A DNA stretch of 63,911 bases, filler included, from Octopus bimaculoides (GCF_001194135.2; 9 parts of 7 records of this genome joined end to end with filler, not necessarily neighbours in it); one strand, 5' to 3'. Numbered from the whole stretch's first letter, positions 26,089-39,304 are shown. Notes: generated by a model not told the origin, from the sequence alone. Made by a program: numbers and translations.

Positions 26089-26469
26089 AAAAGATTAAAT
26101 ATTAAGAGAAATTATAAAGGCTGTGCGAATACAGTGAGTAGACAGTAAGTCCAACAACATACGTTTAATTGAAAGAATAAATAGGAGCAATAATGTCTTC
26201 GTAATCTCAACCCATCACCACAATAATGCAAGAACAGATACAATAAGACAAAAAAAAAGACTCAACAAATGTCACGTGTGTACTTATGCCAGTAACAAGT
26301 AAAACAAATAAATAAATAGAAACGCAAAACTATGCCTCGACATCAGCTCACATGCTCGCCATAGAGATGTAACATAATAGCATAGAACAGAAGAAAAATC
26401 AGTTCGTAGATCAAAATCATTTGAAAACCTAAACCCATTGTCTGGGAAAAGAAAAAAATATCGCAAAAG

Positions 26470-27290
26470 AAAAAGACAACTGTGTGTTTATGAGCTTTAA
26501 TATGACTTTCCCAAAACATAAAAATATTGTTGTCAACATACCGTTTCAGATCACATTTCTTCAGATTGCATCCTTACTACCCTCATTTGGACACGTGTTC
26601 GGATTCCTTATTAAATATTTTGTACAGTTTTTTAAGAATGCTCTTGGAGTGCAGTTTATACGCTTGGCCAGGTTATATTGCTGTTTTTAATTCTTTCCTC
26701 TTTCAGACTCCAGATGTATTGGGACAGTGACGTGGTACGTCATTTGTCTATGCCGTTTGAAAATGATGAGTGTATTTGTTCCTATATGCTTTTTCGATTA
26801 GACACATATCATTTTCATTACTATCTGCCAAAAATACCTTAGCTCAACGCACCAGTACCTTCATTTAACATCTGCCAGAGAGAGAACCGAATATGATGTT
26901 GCTAGTTGTATTGAAGTGAATTTAGTTAGCTTTTACGGGGTTTTTACAATTAATTCTAGCTTTGAGGAAGGTAAGGGTTTTAGTGCAATTGTAACTGACC
27001 TTTATATTATTTTTGTTAAGTAGTATGTGGCGTTTGTGGTTACTAGAGAAATGTTTTTATGTCAATCTAAAAACTTTCTCGTTATATTGGGCGTTGCATT
27101 TATGCTAATCAAATTGAACTTCGTTTTTCTTGCCTTACTTTTACTGATTCGGATATTCGGTTTGCATGCACTGTAATTTTTCTTTAAATCCTTTTTGTTT
27201 CTTTTGTTTTTTCCCCATTTTGAATGGCAGCGAATTCGAGTACCTCAATGCCTGAAAATTAGATTTTTCAAATTCCAATCAATGTGAAAA
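26470..27290 (-). mobile_element. Penelope-like element remnant (linker plus GIY-YIG C-terminus)
   Basis: KHFSSNHKRHILLNKNNIKVSYNCTK (cf. KHFP..HKIFNRNTVKVSYSC), LSQYIWSLKEER, FNKESEHVSK (cf. LNKRSELVSKC). Confidence 0.8.
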
Positions 27291-27338
27291 GCGTAAAACA
27301 ACCATTTTATGTATACATACATACATACATACATACGT

Positions 27339-27388
<50 letters not shown>

Positions 27389-28047
27389 NNNNNNNNNNNN
27401 NNNNNNNNNNNNNNNNNNNNNNNNNNNNNNNNNNNNNNNNNNNNNNNNNNNNNNNNNNNNNNNNNNNNNNNNNNNNNNNNNNNNNNNNNNNNNNNNNNNN
27501 NNNNNNNNNNNNNNNNNNNNNNNNNNNNNNNNNNNNNNNNNNNNNNNNNNNNNNNNNNNNNNNNNNNNNNNNNNNNNNNNNNNNNNNNNNNNNNNNNNNN
27601 NNNNNNNNNNNNNNNNNNNNNNNNNNNNNNNNNNNNNNNNNNNNNNNNNNNNNNNNNNNNNNNNNNNNNNNNNNNNNNNNNNNNNNNNNNNNNNNNNNNN
27701 NNNNNNNNNNNNNNNNNNNNNNNNNNNNNNNNNNNNNNNNNNNNNNNNNNNNNNNNNNNNNNNNNNNNNNNNNNNNNNNNNNNNNNNNNNNNNNNNNNNN
27801 NNNNNNNNNNNNNNNNNNNNNNNNNNNNNNNNNNNNNNNNNNNNNNNNNNNNNNNNNNNNNNNNNNNNNNNNNNNNNNNNNNNNNNNNNNNNNNNNNNNN
27901 NNNNNNNNNNNNNNNNNNNNNNNNNNNNNNNNNNNNNNNNNNNNNNNNNNNNNNNNNNNNNNNNNNNNNNNNNNNNNNNNNNNNNNNNNNNNNNNNNNNN
28001 NNNNNNNNNNNNNNNNNNNNNNNNNNNNNNNNNNNNNNNNNNNNNNN

Positions 28048-28079
<32 letters not shown>

Positions 28080-29694
28080 GTATATGTATATATGTTTGCG
28101 TATACGTGTGTTATATTATGCAGTTAGATTCTACCGTTTTTGAAACCACCTGGAGAGTTAACAAGGCGGCAAGTTAAGCGATCACGTCCTAACGTGACAG
28201 ATGACCAGAATATCGATGATTGTATGTTTTCTCTATCAGAGCTGGTCTGGTACTAAATAGCAATAACAACCTAGAAGTAAATACGTACCATGCCTAAGTA
28301 CAACTCGCCAATTCCTGTGTAGCTTATGAGATTTTCAGAAGCTTCATTGTGCTTAGTTCAATCCTTCATTGAAGTTGGAGTCAATAACAAAGATTTATTT
28401 CAATGTTTGTCTTACTGAAAGATCCTGAGATAGGTCGAATTTCCATTTTATTCTACAGTAAAATTCAGAAGGAACTGTAGTGTCGTTAATTCACTTTACC
28501 ATAGAAATACAAACGTTTGCATTTTAATAAAAAGAAAATGGCGTTCGTCAGCTCACATGTTTGGCCCTCTAATGAAATACATATGCAGTGTGTAAAATAT
28601 GTCTGAGTTTGCTTTGGGCCCTCAATTCTGGATGAAGTCGTAAGAGCGTTGTTGTAACATACTGCATGCCTTGAGCATTTTTCAGACCTAGCGAAGCCCA
28701 TACTTATCCAGGACTGACCACAGTCGATTTCTTTCTGAAGAAATACGGAAAATGAGTGAAAGAAAACAAAGAACCGGCCCTAATGCAGGACTGGTCCTTT
28801 GTTTATGACCCCAGAAGGATAAAAAAAAAACACTTGATTTGAAAGATTTGAAGTCAGAGCGTAGAGAACCGGAGTAATTACTGCATAGCAACCGATTCGA
28901 CGCCTAAACGACTTTGATAATCAGCAGCTTTATGCAAAATATAGCAAGTCTTCAAAATAATGCAAGCATTTTCAAGGTCAACTCCTGGTCATTGCTGCTT
29001 ACAGTCTACAACGGAAATGCTTTATAATTCAGCTGACAATTTTTCCTGATGAAATAGTTGCCATAGTCGTGGAAGAAATTATCCACTATTGTGAATTTCT
29101 ATAACCGATTAGTTTAAATGGAATAGATTGTAACACATCTTATGTTTACATGTTGGTTTTTGATCAGAAACTAGATCCAATGTTGTGGATAATTAAATAA
29201 TTGTAGATTTCTTTTTGGGAGTTGATAAGTGAAGTGGTTTCTCATTTGTTTCACTAGACTTAAAGGATGTTTAAATACTGCTCTCTTTAAAGATTATGAA
29301 TCATTCATTAATTAGTAAGAGCTACTACGCCTTGCAGTTGTGAGCTGTACCGAAACTCGGTGACTATTTACAGCCAAATCTACTAAGTCAAGTACCTTGG
29401 CCTTGATTTATTGTGCGAGGTCAATGTTAGAATACAAGTTAACCCTTTCTTTGATCGGTTGTCTGGTGTCTCATTGACAAGAGGAGTTATAACCTTGTCA
29501 CGACTCTGCATATCATTTGATGTATTATTACAATTTTGCGAGTATTACATACGATGATCTAAATCTGATGTCAAATAATACAATGCGTCTTGTATAATAT
29601 ACATATATGTTTCTTCAAATACAAGACTGTTCAAATTTTATCTTTTTACTTTAGATTTTTCGTTTTTTTAATTATTTTTTTTTTCTATTTACAG

Positions 29695-29952
29695 GTATTT
29701 CGAAACAAAAAAGTTCCTAAATTCATATTCGATGTTTCTAGAACTTCCCAGTCTCATTTTCAAAAGTTGATATATTTGGCGTCTGTATTCTTTCTGATTG
29801 AATTCAAGTGGATTTTCCAGCCAAATGTAGTTTTCTTTTATCGTTAGGCTCATACGTCAGTTGCCACCTGTCTTTAGCAGAGTTCCCGCTGTTACAGGCG
29901 TCCGAAGTATCCTTCAAACCATCTACCTTGGAGGCCCTGTAGTGAGCCAGGG
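29695..29952 (+). other. Candidate exon of the plus-strand transcript (alternative acceptors at 29830 and 29847)
   Basis: Very strong acceptor (T)n-ctatttacAG, donor GG|gtaatt. The full exon has stops in all three frames; 29848-29952 is open as LIRQLPPVFSRVPAVTGVRSILQTIYLGGPVVSQG. Confidence 0.4.
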
Positions 29953-30701
29953 GTAATTTTTTCCCTTTCCTGAGTAAAAAACGAACAAAAATGTCTACAT
30001 GTTTCGATCGTTGTTTCGCTATAAATATTCCTGTATCAATTTTCATGTCTAACGGGAATTATGAAAGAAAGTTTTTTTATTATCTAAAATACTTCGAATA
30101 TCATTAATTTCTAAAATAAAGAAATAAATATTTTTACATTCGATTTTATTTTGTTGTGGAAGTTTTCTCCGCACTGATTGAACGAAAGCTTAGTCAAAAC
30201 CCACAATAAATCAGGAGAATGTCGAAATTTTAAAGCTAATTAGAAAATTCTAGGAACTAACAGAATTTAAAAAAAAACGTAAATGTCCACATCATTGCTT
30301 TTGCCGTAAATTTAGAAAATGTGTTTTAATAGGTCTCATACATCATTATGAAGCGAATTCCAATATGAAATTGCTCAGTAGTTAAAATAAAAGAGTAATA
30401 GCACCATAATTAAAGCATTATTATGCAGTAATGTGAAGTATGATAAGGTATTTACTCATGATGACAATAAAGCATAACAAAATCACTGGATAAAACGAAA
30501 TTAATCAGGAGTAACTATAAGTTTTATTTGTCTAGACTAATTTTACTACCATTTATTTTTTACTTTTTCATTTCCTGTTTGCATATTTCTCCGTAAATAC
30601 ATATTTGTTGGTTAGCAAATAAATAGGTTAGTGTCTAATGGTATAATTTGGATTAATAATACCATTTGGTCCAGTATATAATCTGAATTTTATCACTTCA
30701 G

Positions 30702-30719
30702 CGACTGCTGCCACGAATG
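30702..30719 (+). other. Candidate 18-nt microexon
   Basis: Acceptor ttttatcacttcAG, donor ATG|gtaatg. Confidence 0.25.
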
Positions 30720-30879
30720 GTAATGAGTATAAGACGATCGCGATGGCCGAAATAGTTATGTACTTTACCAAAAGTATTTCGGTATTTGGTATCGTTCTTC
30801 TTAGTTCAAATCCCAATATCGATAATATAATTTTAGTTACCTTGTCTTTGTAGTTATTGAATAATACTTGTTATTTCAG

Positions 30880-31000
30880 ATCCCTAATCATGAACCCTAT
30901 CTCATACAGTTTCGGGATTTTGCTTTCCACAAACGTTCACATTCAAACCTATATATCTAATAACATATTTCAGCAATAAAGTCCCTTGATGAATTGCATT
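30880..31000 (+). other. Candidate terminal exon
   Basis: Acceptor cttgttatttcAG, AATAAA at 30975-30980. Confidence 0.2.
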
Positions 31001-31499
31001 TTAATTATAGAAGGAATGTAAATGTCCTCTCTCCTATCTGCCAATTTTAGGATGTTTTTTTTTCACTGTTTGTATACAAATAACGATATTTGTATATTAC
31101 ATACTAGACTGAGACACTTAGTACATGCAAAAACAATGTTCAGCTATATTTGTGGTCATTTGATTTCGTGAAAGAACTGGAGGGGCGTTGCAGGCAGCGT
31201 TAATAATATTTATAACGCTTTTTTTCGGATGTGATCAGACAAAATATGGGCAACACATATATGCTGTTTGAACTCTGCTGGCGACATTAATAAATGGTTT
31301 TCATATGAAAAAAATATAATGGAATTTTCTGTGGAATGAAAAATGATTTATATGGATTGTTATTTCTATACAGTCAAAACAACGACACACGCAAAACCAA
31401 GAAAAATATTTCTTACCTAATTTTACATCCTGCTATAAGGAGTCCTGCTTACCAACTGCTACACAAAACCTTTTCTATCTTTCTGTTAATAATTTCAGT

Positions 31500-31721
31500 G
31501 AAATATTGGTTTCAAATTTTGGTACTGGGTCAGCAATTTCGAGAAAGAGATAAATCAATTACATCGATCCCAATGCTCAAATGGTACTTATTTTATCAAT
31601 CCCGAAAGGATAAAAGGCATAGTTGACTTCGGCGGTATTTGAACTCAGAACGTAGAGATGGACGAAATGCCGCTAACCATTTTACTCTGTGTGCTAAGGA
31701 TTCTGCCAGCACGTCACCTTA
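31500..31721 (-). mobile_element. tRNA-derived SINE, family A
   Basis: Reverse complement of the family A head and body. Confidence 0.85.
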
Positions 31722-32179
31722 ACTTCAGTGAAATATCAGCGAGTCAGAACAAAAAATAGATCCCGTTTCATGGCTCAACAAGATTTCCTTGACCATATGC
31801 GTGATTTAAACTTGCCCCCACCACCACCACCTAAAAGAAACAACAACTGATTCTTAAAATTACGCCTACAAGAGTGGAGCTTAATGGACACAGTATGTAA
31901 CCTAAGATACACACTATCACCAAAGTCCACAATATCTAATTACCTTCTTGAAAGATGGTGGGCTATACTTCTCTCTTAACATTTCTGGACTGTTTCGTGT
32001 TTGTTGAGAAAAAACGATACCGATTAGCACAGCCGTTTTATAGGTGCACTAAAACAAATTATTAAATTTGTGTTGTTTCATATTGGAAAATGTTTTATGT
32101 CATCGACAGTTGCATATTCAGCAACACTAAAAGTACATAACAGAACTCTATTTCTTATATTAGCTCTAATTAGTATTCT

Positions 32180-32560
32180 TTTATTTGTTTCAGTCATTTG
32201 ACTACAGCCATGCTGGAGCACCGCCTTTAGTCGAACAAATCGACTCCAGGACTTATTCTTTGTAAGCCTAGTACTTATTCTATCGGTTTCTTTTGCCGAA
32301 CCGCTAAGTTACGGGGACGTAAACACACCAGTATCGGTTGTCAAGTGATGTTGGGGGACAAACACAGACACACACACACACATATATATATATACGTCGG
32401 GCTTCTTTCAGTTTCCGTCTACCAAATCCACTCACAAGGCTTTGGTCGGCCCGAGGCTATAGTAGAAGACACTTTCCCAAGGTGTCACGCAGTGGGACTG
32501 AACCCGGAACCATGTGGTTGGTAAGCAAGCTACTTATCACAGAGCCATCCCTGCGCCTAT
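32180..32560 (-). mobile_element. Full-length CORE-like SINE (family B) with internal microsatellite
   Basis: tRNA-like head ATAGGCGCAGGGATGGCT..TGGT..GGGTTCAGTCCC, then CACCTTGGG(A)AAGTG (resembles the MIR/CORE CCTTGGGCAAGT motif), internal (TA)(TG)n, and 3' module ending in actgaaacaaataaaag. Confidence 0.9.
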
Positions 32561-32702
32561 ATATCTATACTACTTAAAGAGTTGTAACCATCTTAACATT
32601 ATTACAGCTAGGTTGCACAGTGTTTTGCGGTTTCTTTCACAAGAGGTTCGCACTTAACAGTACAAATGCAAAATTTGGCCTCAAAGAAAAGTCGTAATTG
32701 TT

Positions 32703-32906
32703 TCTAATTTTGGCACAAGAGCAGCAGTTTTGAGGAGAGAGGAATAGTCGATTATATCGAGCCTACTACTTGACTGGTAACATATTGTATCGAGCCCGGA
32801 AGGTTAAAAGCCAAAGACGACTTGAATGAAGGAAGTACAGTGCCGGAACAAATATTGCAATGTATTTTTCCGATGCACATTTAAGATTCTGTCAGATCAC
32901 CGTCTT
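32703..32906 (-). mobile_element. Degenerate family A SINE
   Basis: tagtcgattatatcgag...gccaaagacgac...gattctgtcagatcaccg is a divergent reverse complement of family A. Confidence 0.6.
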
Positions 32907-33009
32907 AGAAGTGAAGTCATTATAATGCGAAATATTTTCACTGGTGTTCAAAAACTAAAAAGAAACGAAAAAGTAAAAAAACTATTATTCTTTCTCCATT
33001 ACATATTAA

Positions 33010-33330
33010 GCGAGGATTTTTGAGACAGTTCTTCAAAGCTACACGTAAGGATTCGTCAAGAATTGCAATACAAACTTCCTGATACCAAAATCAAGTATGG
33101 GGGGGGGGGGTCTTCGTTAGTCAACAGATACACAAATAGATTCTTGATGAGCTATTTTCTCAAATTTTAAACATGATTGACTTAGGTGATGGAGCGCCTT
33201 CAAAAATTATGCCAAGATTTTCTATGGGGAACTCGCACAGATAGCTATAAGCAAATTGTATATAATTGGTTCAAAAACTGTCGGTCTCTGGGATGCAAAA
33301 TGTTAAAAGTTCTTTTTCTGCATTCTCTTT
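33010..33330 (+). mobile_element. Decayed DNA-transposon coding fragment (superfamily not assigned)
   Basis: KIKYG..FVSQQIHK, WSAFKN, YKQIV, LGCKMLKVLFLHS resemble the widespread KIKEGVFVGPQIR...WxAFK...LGCNMSLKVHFLHSHL transposon protein. Confidence 0.55.
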
Positions 33331-33334
33331 GCCA

Positions 33335-34178
33335 AATATTTTATCATGAAAATCATGTATCAAAACATGTCTCGCTATCTTGGAGGCCTTCTGACAAATT
33401 CTTGCTTATAAGAAAGAGAAACGACCTACGTTGCACGACGAAAACAGAGAAGTTTGGGAGTAAGTGTCTGATGCTTTGGGTATACATAAAAAGTGATGAT
33501 TCAAGAAAGTTGGTTTAAACTGACAGTAACTTGAATATTGCCAAATACACCCAGTTTCTGAAGGACAATTTGATACCAGATTTGGATGAAGGTGAGATTT
33601 TCCAGCATGATAGAGCTCTATACCACAGATCGCGTGCAACACAACAAAGTCTGACTGATGAAGGTGTTACTGTATTGAAAGATTGACCAGCCCAGAGCCC
33701 TGACTTAAATATCATTGAGCAAATGTGGACAGAACTAATAAGAAGAGTTCATCAGAAGAATCCACGCAATCTTGAAGAGTTGTAGGAGTTCAGCCACAGA
33801 GAATAGTATCTCATACTCGTGAAGATGGTGAAGTATTTATTCGCATCTCTTCCCAGGCGCACTGAAGCAATTATTCAAGCTAAGGGAAGCCACACGAAAT
33901 ATTAACAACGTACAGTAACTTCTTGAAATGAGCATTATGTATCTTGATTGATTTATGCGAAGTGGCCGAAAACTTTTGTACGGCCATTTTTGGTGGTCGT
34001 CTCGCATCTTCTCTCATTCATAACCCCTACTACAAAATATAATGGTTAGGTATGGAAATGACTCCAACAGGGCCAATGTTTCATCTGTAAAAAACGCAAT
34101 GCGAAACATTCACTTAAAGTTGGCAATAGTAGAAATTTACAATAGTTTAAAGTGATCGAAGACTTTTGCACGGTGCTG
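33335..34178 (+). mobile_element. Tc1-like transposase 3' half plus right TIR
   Basis: CLMLW, IFQHDRALYH, PAQSPDLNIIEQMW, SLPRRTEAIIQAKGSHTKY*. Terminus GACTTTTGCACGGTGCTG|TA. Confidence 0.88.
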
Positions 34179-34801
34179 TACAATGTGGCACTAATGGTCA
34201 GAACTCCAAACGTCGCAGATGTCCTAAACATATGGATTTTTCTTTTAATCTCTAATATAGTAAGTTGAACTGCTGGAATATGTGTACCAAAACTACACAT
34301 AAACTGGAATATCAAACGTAAATATTTGTTAAGTTTTTTGTTATAGATGAAAAACGAGAGTCGTAAATTGTTCAAACGTTATCCTACATATAAAGCTTAA
34401 TAAGTATTAAAAAAAAATTGTAATTTGAATCGTTGGAACATCACCATCACGTCTTCATTATATATATATATATANNNNNNNNNNNNNNNNNNNNNNNNNN
34501 NNNNNNNNNNNNNNNNNNNNNNNNNNNNNNNNNNNNNNNNNNNNNNNNNNNNNNNNNNNNNNNNNNNNNNNNNNNNNNNNNNNTATAAATGAGTGTGAAT
34601 TCAGAGAATCGTGCGCCACGATTTTATTATACAATGCTGACCATACTTATTAATGCAAACTTGTACGCATTTCTTCCATACTGAAATTGACACTGCATGA
34701 AGGAGGTTGCGAAACGGCCATAGCCCTATGAAAATCATGTGGTTAAATCAATATATATTCATTTCTCATGCCTCCTGACTTTATGGTTATGTATATATAA
34801 T

Positions 34802-35020
34802 TAAAACGGCAGGCTGATTGAATCGTTGGTACAATAGACAAAATGTTTAGCAGTATTACTTCCGGCTCTTTACGTTATGAGTTCAAATTTCGCCACGCTT
34901 GAATTTACCTATTATCCTTTCAGGGTCGATAAAATAACTATCAGTAGAGCACTGGCGTCGATGTAATCGACTTAGCTCCTCTCTCCGTAAATTGCTAGTT
35001 TTGTGCTAAATTTAAAACCA
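34802..35020 (+). mobile_element. tRNA-derived SINE, family A
   Basis: ggcaggctgattgaatcgttgg...gagttcaaatttcgcc...gggtcgataaaataac...gtcgatgtaatcgactt. Confidence 0.8.
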
Positions 35021-35561
35021 TTGTATATATTATTGAAATTGAATTTAATTAAATTCTGAGTTGTGTCTAGAAAACTGGTTTAAAATCTGTCTTTCTGAAA
35101 ACTGAAAACTTCCAGTGTTATAAACAGGAGGAGATTTGTTTAATAAAGGAATGAACTAATTGTTGTTGTTTAAGTCTTGATGAGAACTGTGATAAAAGAC
35201 ATTCTAGCCATGACCCAACGAGTAATTTTCAGGTATAATATACCCCGGACAACATCATTCAATGGAACAGTTTTCAAACAGTAGATGTGGTTTTAAGGTG
35301 ATTTAACTGTTATTTCTTCAGGTAAACCGATCACAAAGGGGCTCTCTCATTACCTCAGTAAATATATGAATTTGTCATATAGAAGTGTAACGTCTAAGTG
35401 GATACGACGTTTGACAAACACTTTATTCTAATCTGCCGCTGTTTATTCAGTTGTGAAAATGCCCCGGATATTGCCTTAAAAGTTAATAGGGATGGCTGTC
35501 CATTAAAACATCACTCAACTCTATTTTACTAGCGTAAACAGGCACGTCACAACTTAGGTAT

Positions 35562-35614
<53 letters not shown>

Positions 35615-36510
35615 NNNNNNNNNNNNNNNNNNNNNNNNNNNNNNNNNNNNNNNNNNNNNNNNNNNNNNNNNNNNNNNNNNNNNNNNNNNNNNNNNNNNNN
35701 NNNNNNNNNNNNNNNNNNNNNNNNNNNNNNNNNNNNNNNNNNNNNNNNNNNNNNNNNNNNNNNNNNNNNNNNNNNNNNNNNNNNNNNNNNNNNNNNNNNN
35801 NNNNNNNNNNNNNNNNNNNNNNNNNNNNNNNNNNNNNNNNNNNNNNNNNNNNNNNNNNNNNNNNNNNNNNNNNNNNNNNNNNNNNNNNNNNNNNNNNNNN
35901 NNNNNNNNNNNNNNNNNNNNNNNNNNNNNNNNNNNNNNNNNNNNNNNNNNNNNNNNNNNNNNNNNNNNNNNNNNNNNNNNNNNNNNNNNNNNNNNNNNNN
36001 NNNNNNNNNNNNNNNNNNNNNNNNNNNNNNNNNNNNNNNNNNNNNNNNNNNNNNNNNNNNNNNNNNNNNNNNNNNNNNNNNNNNNNNNNNNNNNNNNNNN
36101 NNNNNNNNNNNNNNNNNNNNNNNNNNNNNNNNNNNNNNNNNNNNNNNNNNNNNNNNNNNNNNNNNNNNNNNNNNNNNNNNNNNNNNNNNNNNNNNNNNNN
36201 NNNNNNNNNNNNNNNNNNNNNNNNNNNNNNNNNNNNNNNNNNNNNNNNNNNNNNNNNNNNNNNNNNNNNNNNNNNNNNNNNNNNNNNNNNNNNNNNNNNN
36301 NNNNNNNNNNNNNNNNNNNNNNNNNNNNNNNNNNNNNNNNNNNNNNNNNNNNNNNNNNNNNNNNNNNNNNNNNNNNNNNNNNNNNNNNNNNNNNNNNNNN
36401 NNNNNNNNNNNNNNNNNNNNNNNNNNNNNNNNNNNNNNNNNNNNNNNNNNNNNNNNNNNNNNNNNNNNNNNNNNNNNNNNNNNNNNNNNNNNNNNNNNNN
36501 NNNNNNNNNN

Positions 36511-36544
<34 letters not shown>

Positions 36545-36547
36545 AAA

Positions 36548-36790
36548 AATATATATATAAAACTAAGAATGTGTATCTGTCTGTGTGTCTGTATGTCTGC
36601 ATTGCTAAAACTAGAGAACTACTCAACTGATTTCATTCAAATTTTACGATGGTTTACTTAGGGTCCATGTAAGTGTCATGGGCCCCAAAAATTTTCAACT
36701 TCTTGCCTAATGCGAGCCCGGAGCAGTCACTTATCTCTTACACATCTCTATTGTAATGTGAGATAATACTTTCAGTTTTAATACTTTCAC
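36548..36790 (+). mobile_element. Possible non-autonomous Helitron (DINE-1/Lep1-like) 5' part
   Basis: TATATATAAAA start, a short CTGT microsatellite, then caactgatttcattcaaatttt: the layout of DINE-1/Lep1-type elements. Confidence 0.45.
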
Positions 36791-36802
36791 TATGTATATA
36801 TA

Positions 36803-36841
<39 letters not shown>

Positions 36842-37094
36842 CTTCCATTTCTATTAGTTTCACTATGTATTATTTATATACACGTTTGTATATATATATA
36901 TATATATATATATNNNNNNNNNNNNNNNNNNNNNNNNNNNNNNNNNNNNNNNNNNNNTTAATTAATTAANNNNNNNNNNNNNNNNNNNNNNNNNNNNNNN
37001 NNNNNNNNNNNNNTATATGTTAACGTTACTTTTCGTGTTGTTCCAGTGTACGCAGTTGAGATGAGCACCAAATCTTTGTCAATTTATGCCTCAC

Positions 37095-37748
37095 CTTTTC
37101 CAGAAGTCACATCATAGATACTTTACAGGTTGATGTGGGGCAAGTGCCAATGTCTAATTTTGAATACTGGGGCACCTAAAAAGTTACCAAAAATATTTTA
37201 CATAGGAGCCAACCCTGTAACCTTGCTGGTTACCACTGCAGTTAATACTCAAAATAGAAAACATGCTGAAACTTTTAACTTGCCCCTGTTATATAGAGGC
37301 TTTAAGGTATTCTTCGTCATAAAATGAAAACTTAAAATACGGTAGATATTGATCCTAGGCTTAATAGAACAGGGCTGAACAGAAATTTAAACAACCACTG
37401 GAACTAGTGTTAGCCTTACAACTCTTTACTCCATTCCCAGTATTCAAACATTTGTACAATGCTCTTGTCTCCAAACTACAGTCACCTGCAAAATCTGACC
37501 CAAGTCATACGTGGAGTAATCGATTGACTGTTGCCTACGGTTATGAGAAAAGGAGAAAAGTAAAACGGCTTGAAAAAGGAATGGAATCTTCAGCACAGAC
37601 AGACTTATTGCGGCATTTAGAACCCTGTGGAGCTTCATGTAATATCACTTTCAAGTTAGGTGAATGATTTCAATAAACTCTGAAAGTTTCTAATCGAAAA
37701 TGCTAGCAAATAGCCTGTCTATTGACTTACGCTCTCTCTCCGAGTTTT
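37095..37748 (-). other. Cluster of three candidate small exons (37731-37748, 37486-37534, 37095-37175)
   Basis: Each has a canonical AG with a pyrimidine-rich or AT-rich upstream tract and a GT donor (gtaagt, gtgact, gtgagg). The last exon has stops in all frames. Confidence 0.35.
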
Positions 37749-38353
37749 CTGTAATTATATTTACAGACAAAAATGGAATGTAAGCCATACAAAATGATTT
37801 CTTCTTCGTTTGGTTAAGTGGTTTTATATTTTGTCTCCGGCCAAAATGTATATCTGACTGAATTGAATGCATTGAAAGTTTTGTTGGAAGTCACCTTTAG
37901 AGTTAACTACCAATTACGATATTACTGGCGACGATTAAAACACAGCAAATTGGGATCTATTTACGGCAGTTTCTTTTTCTGTATTCTTTTATTTCTTATG
38001 ACAAGAAAGTTAGTGATGTTTTATAGAGAAAGTTACACTATCAATTGAAAGGAGAATATATTTTTCCTTTATGGAGATAAAAGTAAAAAATCACTGCCGA
38101 TGAAATGATTGGGTAACTCTAAACATAGTGCCAAACGAAAAATGAATACGATGAAGGAAGGCTCTAAGATTACGTACAGTCCAAATGCTATTTGCAAAGG
38201 CACGGGTATATATATATATATATATATNNNNNNNNNNNNNNNNNNNNNNNNNNNNNNNNNNNNNNNNNNNNNNNNNNNNNNNNNNNNNNNNNNNNNNNNN
38301 NNNNNNNNNNNNNNNNNNNNNNNNNNNNNNNNNNNNNNNNNNNNNNNNNNNNT

Positions 38354-38558
38354 CTCCCATATATATTCATACAATCAATTTTTTTTTTCTCCGTGTTTTT
38401 CTCCTTGTCTCCGTATTCTTTCTGTTGAAGAGCGTAGCTCGAAACGTCAAAGACTTTCCGTATTCCCGAGCGTCATACTAATATATACTTTTGTTATTTA
38501 CACCACCTGTCCTCGTCTGTTGTTATTTTTTGTATAATCTCCCATATATATTCATACA
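38354..38558 (+). mobile_element. Short hammerhead-bearing element (Penelope-type terminal repeat or retrozyme-like)
   Basis: Direct repeats TCTCCCATATATATTCATACA at both ends. Internal TCTTT-CTGTTGA-A-GAGC-gta-GCTC-GAAA-CGTC-AAAGA at 38417-38453. Confidence 0.6.
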
Positions 38559-38819
38559 TATATATGCATATATACATACATACATATATACATATGCATA
38601 TGTACATATATATGCATTTATAGCTTACGCCTATATGAATGCAGATTGAATTAAAACACCTTAATCAGTTTAAGGTTATTGCATTGTTATGGCCTATTAA
38701 TTACAGAATTTAAGTGATAGAGTTTATGTAGAGAATGAATATCAACCACTTTTCAAAACGTCCTAAGATAATAATGCGTATGATATAATATAATATAACA
38801 TAATAGAATTTACATATAC

Positions 38820-39304
<485 letters not shown>

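Noticed and set aside
26707-26734. Apparent plus-strand exon LQMYWDSDV with a strong acceptor
   Set aside because: It is the antisense of the Penelope LSQYIWSLK motif.
29690-29855. Minus-strand 54-aa ORF MSLTIKENYIWLENPLEF...
   Set aside because: Protein-like by eye only. No supporting promoter or splice context, and it overlaps a better-supported plus-strand acceptor.
30455-30560. ATGATGA box C-like motif suggesting an intronic snoRNA (also at ~46700 on the minus strand)
   Set aside because: No box D (CTGA) at a suitable distance and no terminal stem.
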